Shown here one piece after another: positions 1 to 10,857 of a stretch of 64,000 bases of DNA (within the stretch, counting starts at the first letter, position 1; every line of letters starts with the position of its first letter). Source of the DNA: Strigamia acuminata (lineage: Eukaryota); NCBI GenBank assembly GCA_949358305.1, contig OX442314.1, positions 2,418,001 through 2,482,000 of the forward strand, read 5' to 3'. The translations under genes were made by a program, and so were the position numbers. Below the pieces are notes generated by a model, which was not told the DNA's origin, ran no database searches, and saw nothing but the letters and a program-made list of their open reading frames with translations.

Positions 1-1937
1 GTTGATGTGCTCGTCCACGAGAGTGGGGACCGGAACTCGATCGTAATTGAAGTTTTCGGCGATCGCAGCTGGGTGGAAAATAAAAATTGAATTTTGATGT
101 TTTTTGGTTTGGATTTGATGGTTTTGCGTACTGGGGTCTTCGGGGACGACGTCGTAGTAGCCGGTCGGCGAAATGTGCGTGGATGCGGAGATTCGTGCGA
201 TTTGAGCGCGGAGTAAATGGATTTCTCGTCCGGGGAACGGCGGGTATGATAAAACCTGGGAAAATAATTTTAAATATTTTTTAGGATATTAGAATTTTGT
301 TTTAAAAGTATTAAAATCTTACGACCGACAAAATATTTGCGAATCATTCGAGCTGTGCTGATTTGAGCCGGAGTGACGAGTGGCAACTTGACCCAACTAA
401 ATTCGGCTACAAATAAATAAAGAAAATTCAGTAATATTCAGGAATATTCAACAAAATTGAATAAGATTCAACAAAATTGAATAAGATTCAACAAAATTGA
501 ATAAGATTCAACAAAATTGAATAAGATTCAACAAAATTGAATAAGATTCAACAAAATTGAATAAGATTCAACAAAATTGAATAAGATTCAACAAAATTGA
601 ATAAGATTCAACAAAATTGAATAAGATTCAACAAAATTGAATAAGATTCAACAAAATTGAATAAGATTCAACAAAATTGAATAAGATTCAACAAAATTGA
701 ATAAGATTCAACAAAATTGAATAAGATTCAACAAAATTGAATAAGATTCAACAAAATTGAATAAGATTCAACAAAATTGAATAAGATTCAACAAAATTGA
801 ATAAGATTCAACAAAATTGAATAAGATTCAACAAAATTGAATAAGATTCAACAAAATTGAATAAGATTCAACAAAATTGAATAAGATTCAACAAAATTGA
901 ATAAGATTCAACAAAATTGAATAAGATTCAACAAAATTGAATAAGATTCAACAAAATCGAATAAGATTCAACAAAATTGAATAAGATTCAACAAAATCGA
1001 ATAAGATTCAACAAAATCGAATAAGATTCAACAAAATTGAATAAGATTCAACAAAATTGAATGAGATTCAACAAAATAGAATTAGATTCAGCAAAATTGA
1101 ATAAGATTCAACAAAATTGAATAAGATTCAATAAAATCCAATAAAATTCAATAAAATCCAATAAAATTCAACAAAATTCTCTAAAATTCCATAAAAGAGA
1201 ATATAAAAAATTTAATAAACAAAAAAAAAATAGTTTAACGGACGTGCGAGAGCGGCAAAGTAAACTTTCTGATTCCCAGATCGGAACGGCTCCGACGGCA
1301 CAACGAGCGTCGGGATCGGTTTCGGCTTCGGCGTGGGCATCTCTTCCTCCTCGTCGTCGAACACCCGCTCCGTTTGAATCGCCAGCGAATCAATCACCGA
1401 CCGCGGCGTTTCGAAATAATTCTCGCTTTCCTCATCGTCGCTCTCCCCCTAACACCAAAAAAAAGAAAAAAAAATTAAATAAACAAAAATTTCAAATCAG
1501 TAAATCACCAGTAAATCCCACCTTGCTGCCCGCGAAATCATCTCTTTCGTGGAACTCCGTCTCCAGCACAACATAATTCCGTTCAATCCCGATTATTCCA
1601 ATACTTGGAATAATCGCTTGTCCTTGAACGCTTGGAGATATTTGGAGGAAGTTTTGACCGAATCGTACAACGTATTCTCGCGATACTGCAGCCGACTCTT
1701 CTTCAACCAAATGCTCAACTCCACGTTTTCCGGGCGCCCTTCGAGTATTTTCCTGATTAACTCTTTCAGGTGGTCGTACACATTGGCCGATGTGACACTA
1801 CTGGCTTTCATCAAAAACGCTTTGGCCTTGTAGAATTCGTCGGACGAGTCGGTGTTGAGGCCGCTCAGTTGCGACGATTTGATTTTCGAGCATTCTTTGC
1901 TCCTACTGCGGCTTCCCGACGCGTTTTCCGAATCCAT
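1..1937 (-). CDS. RSPH4A: Radial spoke head protein 4/6 homolog, 5' part (continues past window start); internally disrupted, possibly a pseudogene
   Basis: Exons ~1937-1522, 1448-1244, 406-~323, ~255-132 and 68-1 encode RSPH4/6 motifs: [93 protein letters not shown]. The frame breaks at ~1600 (see findings). Confidence 0.8.
445..1130. repeat. Intronic minisatellite, 20-bp unit ATTCAACAAAATTGAATAAG (~34 copies)
   Basis: Near-perfect tandem array. The unit contains the inverted repeat ATTCAA/TTGAAT. Confidence 0.97.
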
Positions 1938-1957
1938 TTTGGTTAAAAATTCAAACC

Positions 1958-1971
1958 GTCGCCATGGTAAC
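1958..1971. promoter_or_regulatory. RFX X-box upstream of the radial spoke gene
   Basis: GTCGCCATGGTAAC matches the RFX X-box consensus and lies 21 bp upstream of the ATG of a ciliary gene. Confidence 0.7.
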
Positions 1972-2112
1972 GATAATAAAAACTAACCGATACGTTTTTA
2001 TTCTTGTGATTTTTAAAGGAATGCGTGATTTGACATGTACAAATACAAATAAAAAATAAAAATCGAACGACTAGAGTTTTATTTTCAGCAGTGTTTTTTT
2101 TTCTTCTTCGTT

Positions 2113-5100
2113 TTAGGCTTGATCCGGGTATGTGGGGAAATCGGCCACTTGCACCTTATTGGTCGCTTTGAACGATGGGTAGAGGCCTTGCTGCTTGGTG
2201 CGCCGGTTGACGCCTTTCGAGTAGCCGTCCCAGTGGTTGCCGGCGATTCCGATCACGTCGCCGGCGATAAGTTCGAGTTCGTTCGACGATTGCGACTCGT
2301 GCGAGTAGATCACTTGATGGTTGTGAGCATTCTGTCCGCCGAAGTAATAAATATCGTCCAGAGAGCGGAAATTGGACGCCGCGTCGGGGTTTACGGTTTG
2401 CATGATCTCGTAAGCGATGCGGCACACCTGGCAATTTAACATATTAATAATGGGGATTTTTGAACAAAATGGTGATACTCTGGCTCCCTACAAGGTGGGC
2501 CTTTCTCCCATTGGCCGAATCTCATTACTCCTAACTGTGTACTACCACCAGAAAAAGTAGTTTTTTTTTATTTTTGTGATTATTGTAATGATTAAAATGA
2601 TACAATTTTAATTGTATTTTATAATAATTTTTTTTTAATTCAACACATATGTTTGTTCAGTTTATCGATTGCTTTGTCTGTAAAGCACACAATTTTGAAT
2701 TTTCTGCTGTTACTTAGGCAATCGATTACAATGTCTGTACATCAATTGCAATTCTGGTGTTTTGGTCTATTTTTTTGTATCATTACACAAGTGAAATGGC
2801 TCGGCCAATGGAAGAAAGACCCACCTTGAACATATCATTTTCATGACGTGCTGTGATTGGTTGAAAGATGCATTGAGATACATTGATGAAAATACTCGGT
2901 TCAGTCATGTTGCTAAAAATTAGACTTTGACCGATATCGATATTTTGAATCGGCAACCGAATATCGGCCGATACCGATACCGATACCTGCGCCGATATTA
3001 AAATTAAAATGTCCGACCCCCCCCCCCTACCCCCCAAACAATAGATCTCAACCAATCAAAGTGCATCATTAAAATAATACGTTTATGTCATTTTAGAAAG
3101 GTAGAAATTGAAATTTGAATTGCAGTTTGATTTACCTGGGATGAGAAAGTGCAGACTAAGTAATCGCTCATAGATAAGAAGTGAACGTCTAAAATGATTC
3201 CGCGCAAGGAGGAATCGGTGTAGCGTGTTGCCATGGCAGCACTTTTGGATATGTTTGGATCACCCACAAATTCAAAACCGGGGAAACTGTTTTCGAAACA
3301 ATCTTTCATTAATATTAACAAAGGATGTAGCAATTTTTCATGCTCCAATAAACTTAATATCATTTTTTTCTAAGACAGACTTTGGTGTGGCCCTTATAAA
3401 ACCGGCCGGACAATACAAGGAGGGTTACTAAGGGTTTCTCAATTAAATATAGATTAATCATTAGTTGTGGGTAATGTTGTTTAATTAACGTTTCTGGTGC
3501 AATTTTTTCCACTCTTTCGTTCTCGAGATATTTGCGATTTCAGTAAATTTTTGTCCCAATTTAATTTGCCAAGTTTGATTCCGCTAGTCATTCCTGAATT
3601 TCAATTTTTGTGGAACTTTTGTGGATTTGTTTAGCGGTACCAGTACAGGTAAACAGAACTTTTCAAAAAGTACCACATCTCCTGGTATTGGTACTTTAGG
3701 TAAAACTTCACAAAATTTCAGAAAGTCTAGCAAAATCTCGCAAAATCTCACAAGATCTGAAGAAATTCTAAAAGTAGCAGAAAATCTGAATGACTACCGG
3801 TAGTGCAATCAAACTTGGCAAATTCGGTCAGAAATTGATTACAGTCGCAAATATCTCGAGAACAAAAGCTCCGATCGTCAAAAACTAAACACGAAACGAA
3901 AGAGCAGAAAAAACTGCACTAGAAACGATAATTAAACAACACTGCCCATAACTAGTAATTGATGTATATTTAATTTAACAGTGTATTCATTCTTTTAAAC
4001 ACCCTGTATTGTCAGGCTGGGTTTATTTTGAGAAGCTGGTCAAAATTAAATACAAATGTGTGAAATTTGGTTGAAATTCATTAAAAATTTGTGAAATTTG
4101 GTTGAAATTCATTAAAAATTTGTGAAATTTGGTTGAAATTCATTGAAAATTTGTGAAATTTGGTTGAAATTCATTAAAAATTTGTGAAATTTGGTTGAAA
4201 TTCATTAAAAATTTGTGAAATTTGGTTGAAATTCATTAAAAATTTGTGAAATTTGATCAAAAATCAGCAAATATTTGTGAAATTTAGACGAAATTCAACT
4301 ACATTTTGTGAAATTTAAACAAACGAGGTGTCTATTTCCCCAACGTTGGGGGAAATAGTCGGCCCTCACTGGCCAGACTATTTTCCCCAACAATCTGTTT
4401 GTGTACGGTATGGGGAAATAACATTTACCTTATTTTCCCTAACGTTGGGGGAAATAGTCGGCCTTCTTGGGGCCGGCTATTTCCCCACACAATATGATTA
4501 TGTCCACTCAACATTGATTGGTCGAGTGAGTCCATGTTCAGATTATTTCGTTCAGATTTGCCACGTTAATAATAATAGGCCGTGGATATTCCCACAAACG
4601 TTTGTGGGAATAGACATGTGTCTATTCCCACAAACGTTTGTGGGAATAGACAATGCGATAATAATAACCATTGGAATGTTGTTTCCGGCAAAATTGGGGA
4701 AAGTGCTATCGTTATAAACGTGTACGATTCACTTCTGAGTGATGTACAAGATAAAAACATTTCTGTTGTTAGTAGTTTGGTTCGGTTATGTAATGACTCA
4801 TTGAAATTGAATGTACAGGTACAAAGTTGTATAAAGCAAAAAAAATTCATGATTGTGGGTCATTTGCAATTGCAAATGCTTTGTTTCTCTGTGATAATAA
4901 GAATCCCAAATATTCGGTATACGGCATATTCGGCAAAACATTATAATCATATTGTGTGGGGAAATAGCCGGCCCCAAGAAGGCCGACTATTTCCCCCAAC
5001 GTAGGGGGAAATAAAGTACATGTTATTTCCCCCAATGTTAGGGGAAATAGCCTCACAAAATTCATCAAAAATTTGTGAAATTTGGTCTAAATTTATTAAA

Positions 5101-7525
5101 AACTTAGGAAATTTGGTCGGAATTCATTAAAAATTCATCAAAAATTCATGAAATTTGTTCAAAATTCACCAAAACCAGATATTCCACAAAACAAGCAAAA
5201 TCCATCTATAACTCCAACAATTTTGGATCCACCCACCACACCTAACTTATAAGTTATTAATCTAAACAAAACAACCTTCTCTTGGCTTCAGCAAACACGT
5301 TGGGATCATCCGAAGCCAGATAAATCCTCTTCTCCGTCACGTTTTGCCTCAGCGCGAGCTGCTGATAAAACTCCCCCGCATGCACCATGTACTCGTGAAG
5401 TTTATGAAAAGCCGCTTCCGTCCCCACTTTGTCCGTGCGTCGAACATGAATTCTAAACCAAAAAAACCAAAAAACAATCAACAAAAACTCAAAAAACTGC
5501 TCGAAAACCTCCAAACCCGACGATCGGCTTCTTGAATCCGAGTTTGTCCGTCATCTCGTCAATATTTGCCTGCAAATTCAGTTGCGGGCGCAATAAATAC
5601 TTAAGAAACTGTCCGACCCACCACACGATCGGGTCCCCGTGCAAGCGCTGCATGCGGGCGGCCAAATCGCGAGGAATCGCCAAAGGTAAGTAGTCGGGGC
5701 GCGGCGAGATCGAGTCGATGATTGGCAGGTCCAGGACGGGCGCATCCTTGTAGCCCGGCCACATGGCGCTCGCCACCCCCATCGTGGACGTGCACGAGTC
5801 GCTGACGGGTTTGAACACGCTCTCCCAGCCGTCCTTGTTGTAGCGCCAGCCCTTGGAGTTGAGGATGAGCGTGCGCCCCGTGCCGTACGCCATGATGAAG
5901 CAGTAGACCACGTGGTGGATCTGGCAGCCGTAGCCGCAGCCTTTGTTTAAGTTGCAGTTGAGTTTCTTGGCGTTGGTGCAGTCTTTTGGGTTCTGGAAGG
6001 GATTCGGGATGAGTTTGTGGCGGTGAAATGGTTGGAGAGTACCTGAAGGCGGTGCAGTCGGCGTTGGATTAAATCGCTCAACGATTTCGCCTCGCGCTGC
6101 CGCCAGTCGCCCAGGCCGTCGATGTTGCTCAGTGTTGCCAGGTCGTTTAAAATTACCCTGGAAGATTTAAAAGACGAATTGAATTAGTTGGTTTTCATTT
6201 AGAATTGGGTTTTTACAGGGAGAAATTTTGTAATTTTTAATTTAAGGAAAAATTAAATTGTATTTTTGTAGCAAAAAATTAATGATTAAAAGAAAAAGTT
6301 ATATTACTGCAGGAAAAATTAAATTTCTACAGGAATAATTAAATTTGTGCAGGAAAAATTAAATTTGTGCTGGAAAAAAATCAATTCTCGAAGAAATTTG
6401 CATTTTTACACTAAAAATTAAATTTTTACACTAAAAATTTAAATTTTACACTAAAAATTATAGTTTTACACTAAAAATTTAAATTTTACATTAAAAATTA
6501 TAGTTTTACATTAAAAATTATAATTTTACACTAAAAATTATAGTTTTACACCAAAAAAGTGCATTTTTACACTAAAAATTAGTTTTACACCAAAAAAGTG
6601 TATTTTAAACCAAAATTTAAAACACTACAGCTAAAATTAAATTTCTGTAGCAAAAAAAAGTATTTCCCAGCAAAAACTGCATTTCTATAGCAAGATTTGT
6701 ATTTGTACAGCAAGATTTGCCTTTGTACAGCAAGATTTTTTACACAAAACAATGCATTTTTACACACAAATTAAATTTATGCATCTAAATAACATTAATG
6801 CACCTGAAAGTTCAATTTCATTTTCGCCCGGAAACATAATTTTGCTAAAAGATGTATTTTTCCGAGAGAGATCACCAACTTTATCGCTCAAAACTACTCG
6901 TGTTTGTAACCTGTACCTTTTGTATTGAGTTTCTAATCGTATCATTTTATCCATTTTGATTTTCGTCTTATCATCGCCCGTCTTCGCTTTCAACACTTTC
7001 AATTCGTTTTTCGTATACAGCCACATTTCGTTCACCTGGTTTATAATTCGGCGTCGGGTGTTCTCGAATTTCGCGCTCGGATCGCACACGGTATTCGTAG
7101 AACCACCTAAAAAAAAATCCAAATAAAAATGCAAAAAAACCAATTAAAAATATTCAATTTACTCTCAGCCTTATGCAACAATTCATTCGCCTTGTTGAGC
7201 TTTTCGTGCAAATCGTCCAGCAATTGATCTTTCGACTTGTCCACGTCAACAATCCTAAACAAACGCAAACAAACGTAAACAAACGTAAACAATGAAATTT
7301 AAATGTTTGATTTTTCGTTTGATTTTACTTGAATTCTAAGAGAATTGCCCTGAGTTCGTCGTTCTGTCGTTTGAGTAACTCCAGTTCGTTCATGGCTTTG
7401 GTGAGCCGCCGTGTGATGTGCTCGTCGTTCTCGTTGCTATGCAGAATTGGTCCCGTCATGAGAAGGATGATTATCAGCCACACGGCCAGGAGAACCACGA
7501 TAGCTTTTCCCACACCCACAGCCAT
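2113..7525 (-). CDS. FUT8: Alpha-(1,6)-fucosyltransferase
   Basis: Exons 7525-7329, 7254-7163, 7106-6917, 6157-6043, 5992-5517, ~5447-5276, ~3285-3136 and ~2427-2113 have GT-AG junctions in phase. They encode an N-terminal [48 protein letters not shown] and a C-terminal SH3 ([17 protein letters not shown]). Confidence 0.96.
3389..4028. mobile_element. Tc1/mariner-like MITE (nested inverted repeats) in a FUT8 intron
   Basis: Outer inverted repeat AAAACCGGCCGGACAATACA / TGTATTGTCAGGCTGGGTTT. Long inner imperfect inverted arms, one ending CACCCTGTA. The left end is shared with the element at 36635. Confidence 0.65.
4058..4320. repeat. Intronic minisatellite, 31-bp unit AAAAATTTGTGAAATTTGGTTGAAATTCATT
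   Basis: Tandem copies. The array resumes in degenerate form at ~5055-5170, after the inserted element. Confidence 0.9.
4325..5054. mobile_element. Non-autonomous foldback/MITE-like element with GAGG...CCTC termini and palindromic GGGGAAATA modules
   Basis: ~4412-4501 is the reverse complement of ~4943-5032. The termini are also inverted. The element interrupts the 31-bp satellite. Confidence 0.8.
6404..6610. repeat. Intronic minisatellite, 20-bp unit TTTTACACTAAAAATTATAG-like
   Basis: Tandem 20-bp period is visible. Confidence 0.85.
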
Positions 7526-9348
7526 GCTTGCAAATTAACACTTTCTCGTCTTTCGTGCGTTCCGGGGCTTGTTTTGAGTTTTACCTCGTGTTGTTTGACG
7601 TCTAAGTGAGAAATGTTGCTTCTTGCGGAGACGGCATTTCGCCAATTCTCGTTTTGCGAGAGAAAAACGCCAGCGCGACCTTACGCGGTCGCAGCTGCAT
7701 TTTCTCCTTTCCTCCTTTTCTCTCTTGACCCGACGCGCCAGGCGCGATTAAGCGATCGAAAGCTCGTGAGGAGATTTTTAAACGGGTGATTATTACTGAG
7801 TAGAATGCGACAACACGATCATGCAGGATGTAAAAAAGCTATTCGAAATCAGATTTCATGCAATAAAATATTTACTCCGTTCAAACTGACCAACAAGTGA
7901 CGCCACCTGTCGCGCGCCGAAGTCATCGAAACGAGTCGATTGATTTTATTCGATCTTGTAAAAATTGTAAAATGAAGAAAGAAAACAAAGGAAATCAATA
8001 AATTTATCAACAATTAAGATTAGAGAACTTATATTTCGATTTGATTTATTTCTAACGAAGGTATTCGCGTTCAAACTCTCAAAAAGAAAGGAAATGAAAA
8101 TCACCTTTTAGAGAAACCCGGGGTATTTTTAACACGAATATAACGTATATATTTTGATGCGCAATTCTGGGAAATATGGCTCGACAAGAAAGAAATGGCC
8201 AAATGGGTGGGCCAGAAGACTCGGTGATTTGTGTTTTGACACGTGCTCGTGACCCCATAATCTGAATGCCGGTCGGAGGTGGGATTGGGAACAGATGGAT
8301 GAACAGGTGCCGGCCAGAAACATCGTGCGCGCCGCTTTATTTATTTATTTATTATTTCAAATTTTATTTCTTTTTTCTCCATTAAATTTTACCGACATGT
8401 GTTATGTATAGAGAAATTTCAGACTCATGCATTACCGTATATTTTATTCAACTCAATCAAGTAATTAAAAATATATATTCACATTCATCATTATCCGCAA
8501 ACAGATTAATTCAATAATCCCATTGAGACAGGAATTAACTCGTCTTATTGACACCACGCGTCGCCCCGTTGGCTTCCCTGCCAAGTCTGCAGGTGCAAAA
8601 CTCAGCCGCGCCAAAGCTGAGAGATTAATCCCAAGACGAACATTCTAGAAAATTTTCCATATTCATTGCAGCGAATTTGTCCTGTGATTGTGACGTATAA
8701 GACGCCATCTGTCGTCGCAATCTTAAAACCTTTTGCGGGCAAATGCCGGACAGCTAACATCTTGCATTTACATTTTTAGCGGACATTATAAAGCGGTACT
8801 TTTATATTTTATGTTGAAGTTAAAAATAATGTCTGAATATTATTTATATAGGGAAACGGTGGCGCCATCTGTGTTTCCTAGTTGGTGTGAACTAGGGATT
8901 TTTAAATAAGTTTTCCATTTCTATTCGTGGCTCTTTCTCTTCAAACTAGCGTCAATAAATGTATTTGTGAATCTGGCCCAGAAATGAATTTGTTTATTAC
9001 TTTTTTTATTGACATTAATGACGTCATGAATGTAATTAGCTATATAGTTGAGATATACAGAAAAAAAAGTTAAATTAATTCATATAAGGCGATATTCGGA
9101 GTTGAAAGAACACTACTAATAAGCCTAAGAGGATGTTATCGTACGAGATTCGAGACTCGTCGCAATTCCATTCAAGTTGTGAAAAGCCTCGGCAAACTTG
9201 AGAATCAATTCAAAATTCAAGTTGGCGCGAAAAAAGCGATCGGAATTTCCTTTCAGGCTATTCATTCATACCATATTCTATAAAAAAAATAAATAGATAA
9301 ATAAATAAAAACTCAATTTCAAAAATGGAAGAAAAACGGAATGCATAC

Positions 9349-9420
9349 CGGGTTTTAGCAACACCCTATTGATTGCCATGTCGATTGCCAGCCATTGCAG
9401 CGGGGTGTTGCTACAACCCG
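9349..9420. mobile_element. Tiny TA-flanked MITE-like inverted repeat
   Basis: CGGGTTTTAGCAACACCC ... GGGTGTTGCTACAACCCG, a 17/18 inverted match. Confidence 0.5.
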
Positions 9421-9694
9421 TAACGCTCTCAATTTTTCTAGCTGAAAAATTCCACGCACCCTTGTAAAGCTGGCGGGAAAATGTTGCAAGATTTCCAAAA
9501 TATTCGAAATTTAGCGAGTTGTCTGGCATATCGTGCTACTAGCGGGCGCGGGCTGCGGATGCCCGCAACACAACTCCCTTAATCTATCTTTAAGTTACGG
9601 AGTCGTGTTGGGACCATCCGCTTCTCAGAGCCATCGAATCAAATGATAGAAAGGGGTGAGGAGGGGAAATGGTCTACACAACGTCGTTCGTCGG

Positions 9695-10857
9695 TTACCA
9701 CCTGCAAAACGATCCATTTTTATTGAGTATAAAATGAAATGTTAATACAGCAGAGTCAATTATCCGAACGATGAATTTTTTTAGCGATTTTTTAATCGTG
9801 TGTAGGCATTACCGTTTGTGGGCTAAAACCGTTGATTTTTGAAACGTCACAATGACAAACTTTTGTCAGAGCGGTGTTGCAGTTTTTACGGTACGGTGAT
9901 TTTTATCCGAAGTGGTGTTCGACTTCCAAATCTTTTACTTGAAAGGCATTCTGTATCCAAATCTTCTACCGTGTGACGTGACCAACTGCCACCAGCTGGC
10001 AATATTATCAGGTTGATCCTCAGCAGCTCCTACGACAGCGTCGCCACGCCGATTGTCTGGGTCGCTTTCACAGCCAGTTCGGAGGTGGTCGCAGCGCGAC
10101 CGTTCACCTTGCTGGTTGCTGAACAACTCTTTGGTCCCTACGGGGCCCAACCACTTTCGGAAGGGGCGACTTCCGGGGCCCGATCCTGCTGACCAAAGGC
10201 CCGCATCTCCACCTGGTTGCGAAGGACCGCAACAGGCTTGCGCGAGAGACGAGAGGCGCTGGAGCTGCGCCAAGTGCATTGCTGTTGCAGTGCAGCGACC
10301 CTGTGCGCAGGGGCAGCTGGTCACAGTCGGAGGATTTTGCAAGGGGTCAGTCTGTGGCAAGACCGCCTCATCTGACCTAGCACGGCATAGCACACCATTT
10401 CCAAATCTTTTCCCGAAACGGCATTCCGAAGAGTTGTGGTATACTTCACCCCTAAGTCTCCCAATTAGTTTGGATAATCGACGCTTACTGTATTGCAATG
10501 TAAATTTGACCTTATGACGCTTCTGAGTGGTTTGGACGACCACACGAAAGTCCTTTTGATCGGCGACAAGAAACTGTTTCTCAGCGCGCTCGCTCTGGCT
10601 CCGTACGGGTCCCTGAACATCGGCATCTCGTACCACCACGGCTCTCTTCGGAGGGCTGGGCTCATTGATGAGTACCACGGGGGAATTCTTCGCGCTGGTC
10701 TTGTGTACGGAAACCCTGAGAGATACAAATGGAAAACGAAACTGAAAATTGGAAATTGAAAATTGGAATAAAACTTACCTGCCATACCCAACGGCGAGCG
10801 AACTCGGTAAGGGTATCTGAGCTCCTGGTCGGAAACCACCGGGTAGTAATTATTCAT
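9695..10857 (-). CDS. Small (~96 aa) Pro/Tyr/Arg/Trp-rich protein of unknown function
   Basis: Exons 10857-10779, 10715-10511 and 9701-9695 join in phase: MNNYYPVVSDQELRYPYRVRSPLGMAG-FPYTRPARRIPPWY...FLSPIKRTFVWSSKPLRSVIRW*. The intron at 10778-10716 is a canonical GTAAG...CTCAG. The last junction is less certain. Confidence 0.6.
9924..10426 (+). other. Structured dispersed element, copy 1 (candidate structured RNA or mobile element)
   Basis: GC-rich island in an intron with many internal inverted repeats and ~28-bp imperfect terminal direct repeats. It shares motifs with 57783-57925. Confidence 0.55.

Noticed and set aside
445..1130. Regular repeat arrays as CRISPR
   Set aside because: Head-to-tail units with no unique spacers, in eukaryotic introns, and no cas genes.
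3226..3239. X-box-like GTTGCCATGGCAGC
   Set aside because: It lies inside a FUT8 coding exon (AAMAT) and is explained by codons.
10000..10030. CTGAGGA (minus strand) as a hammerhead or twister core
   Set aside because: No GAAA after a stem II, no twister L4 motif or P2 pairing, and the second copy reads CTGAGAA.
9935..10678. 247-aa minus ORF and 154-aa plus ORF
   Set aside because: No recognisable domain. They overlap a better-supported spliced frame and a GC-rich structured element.
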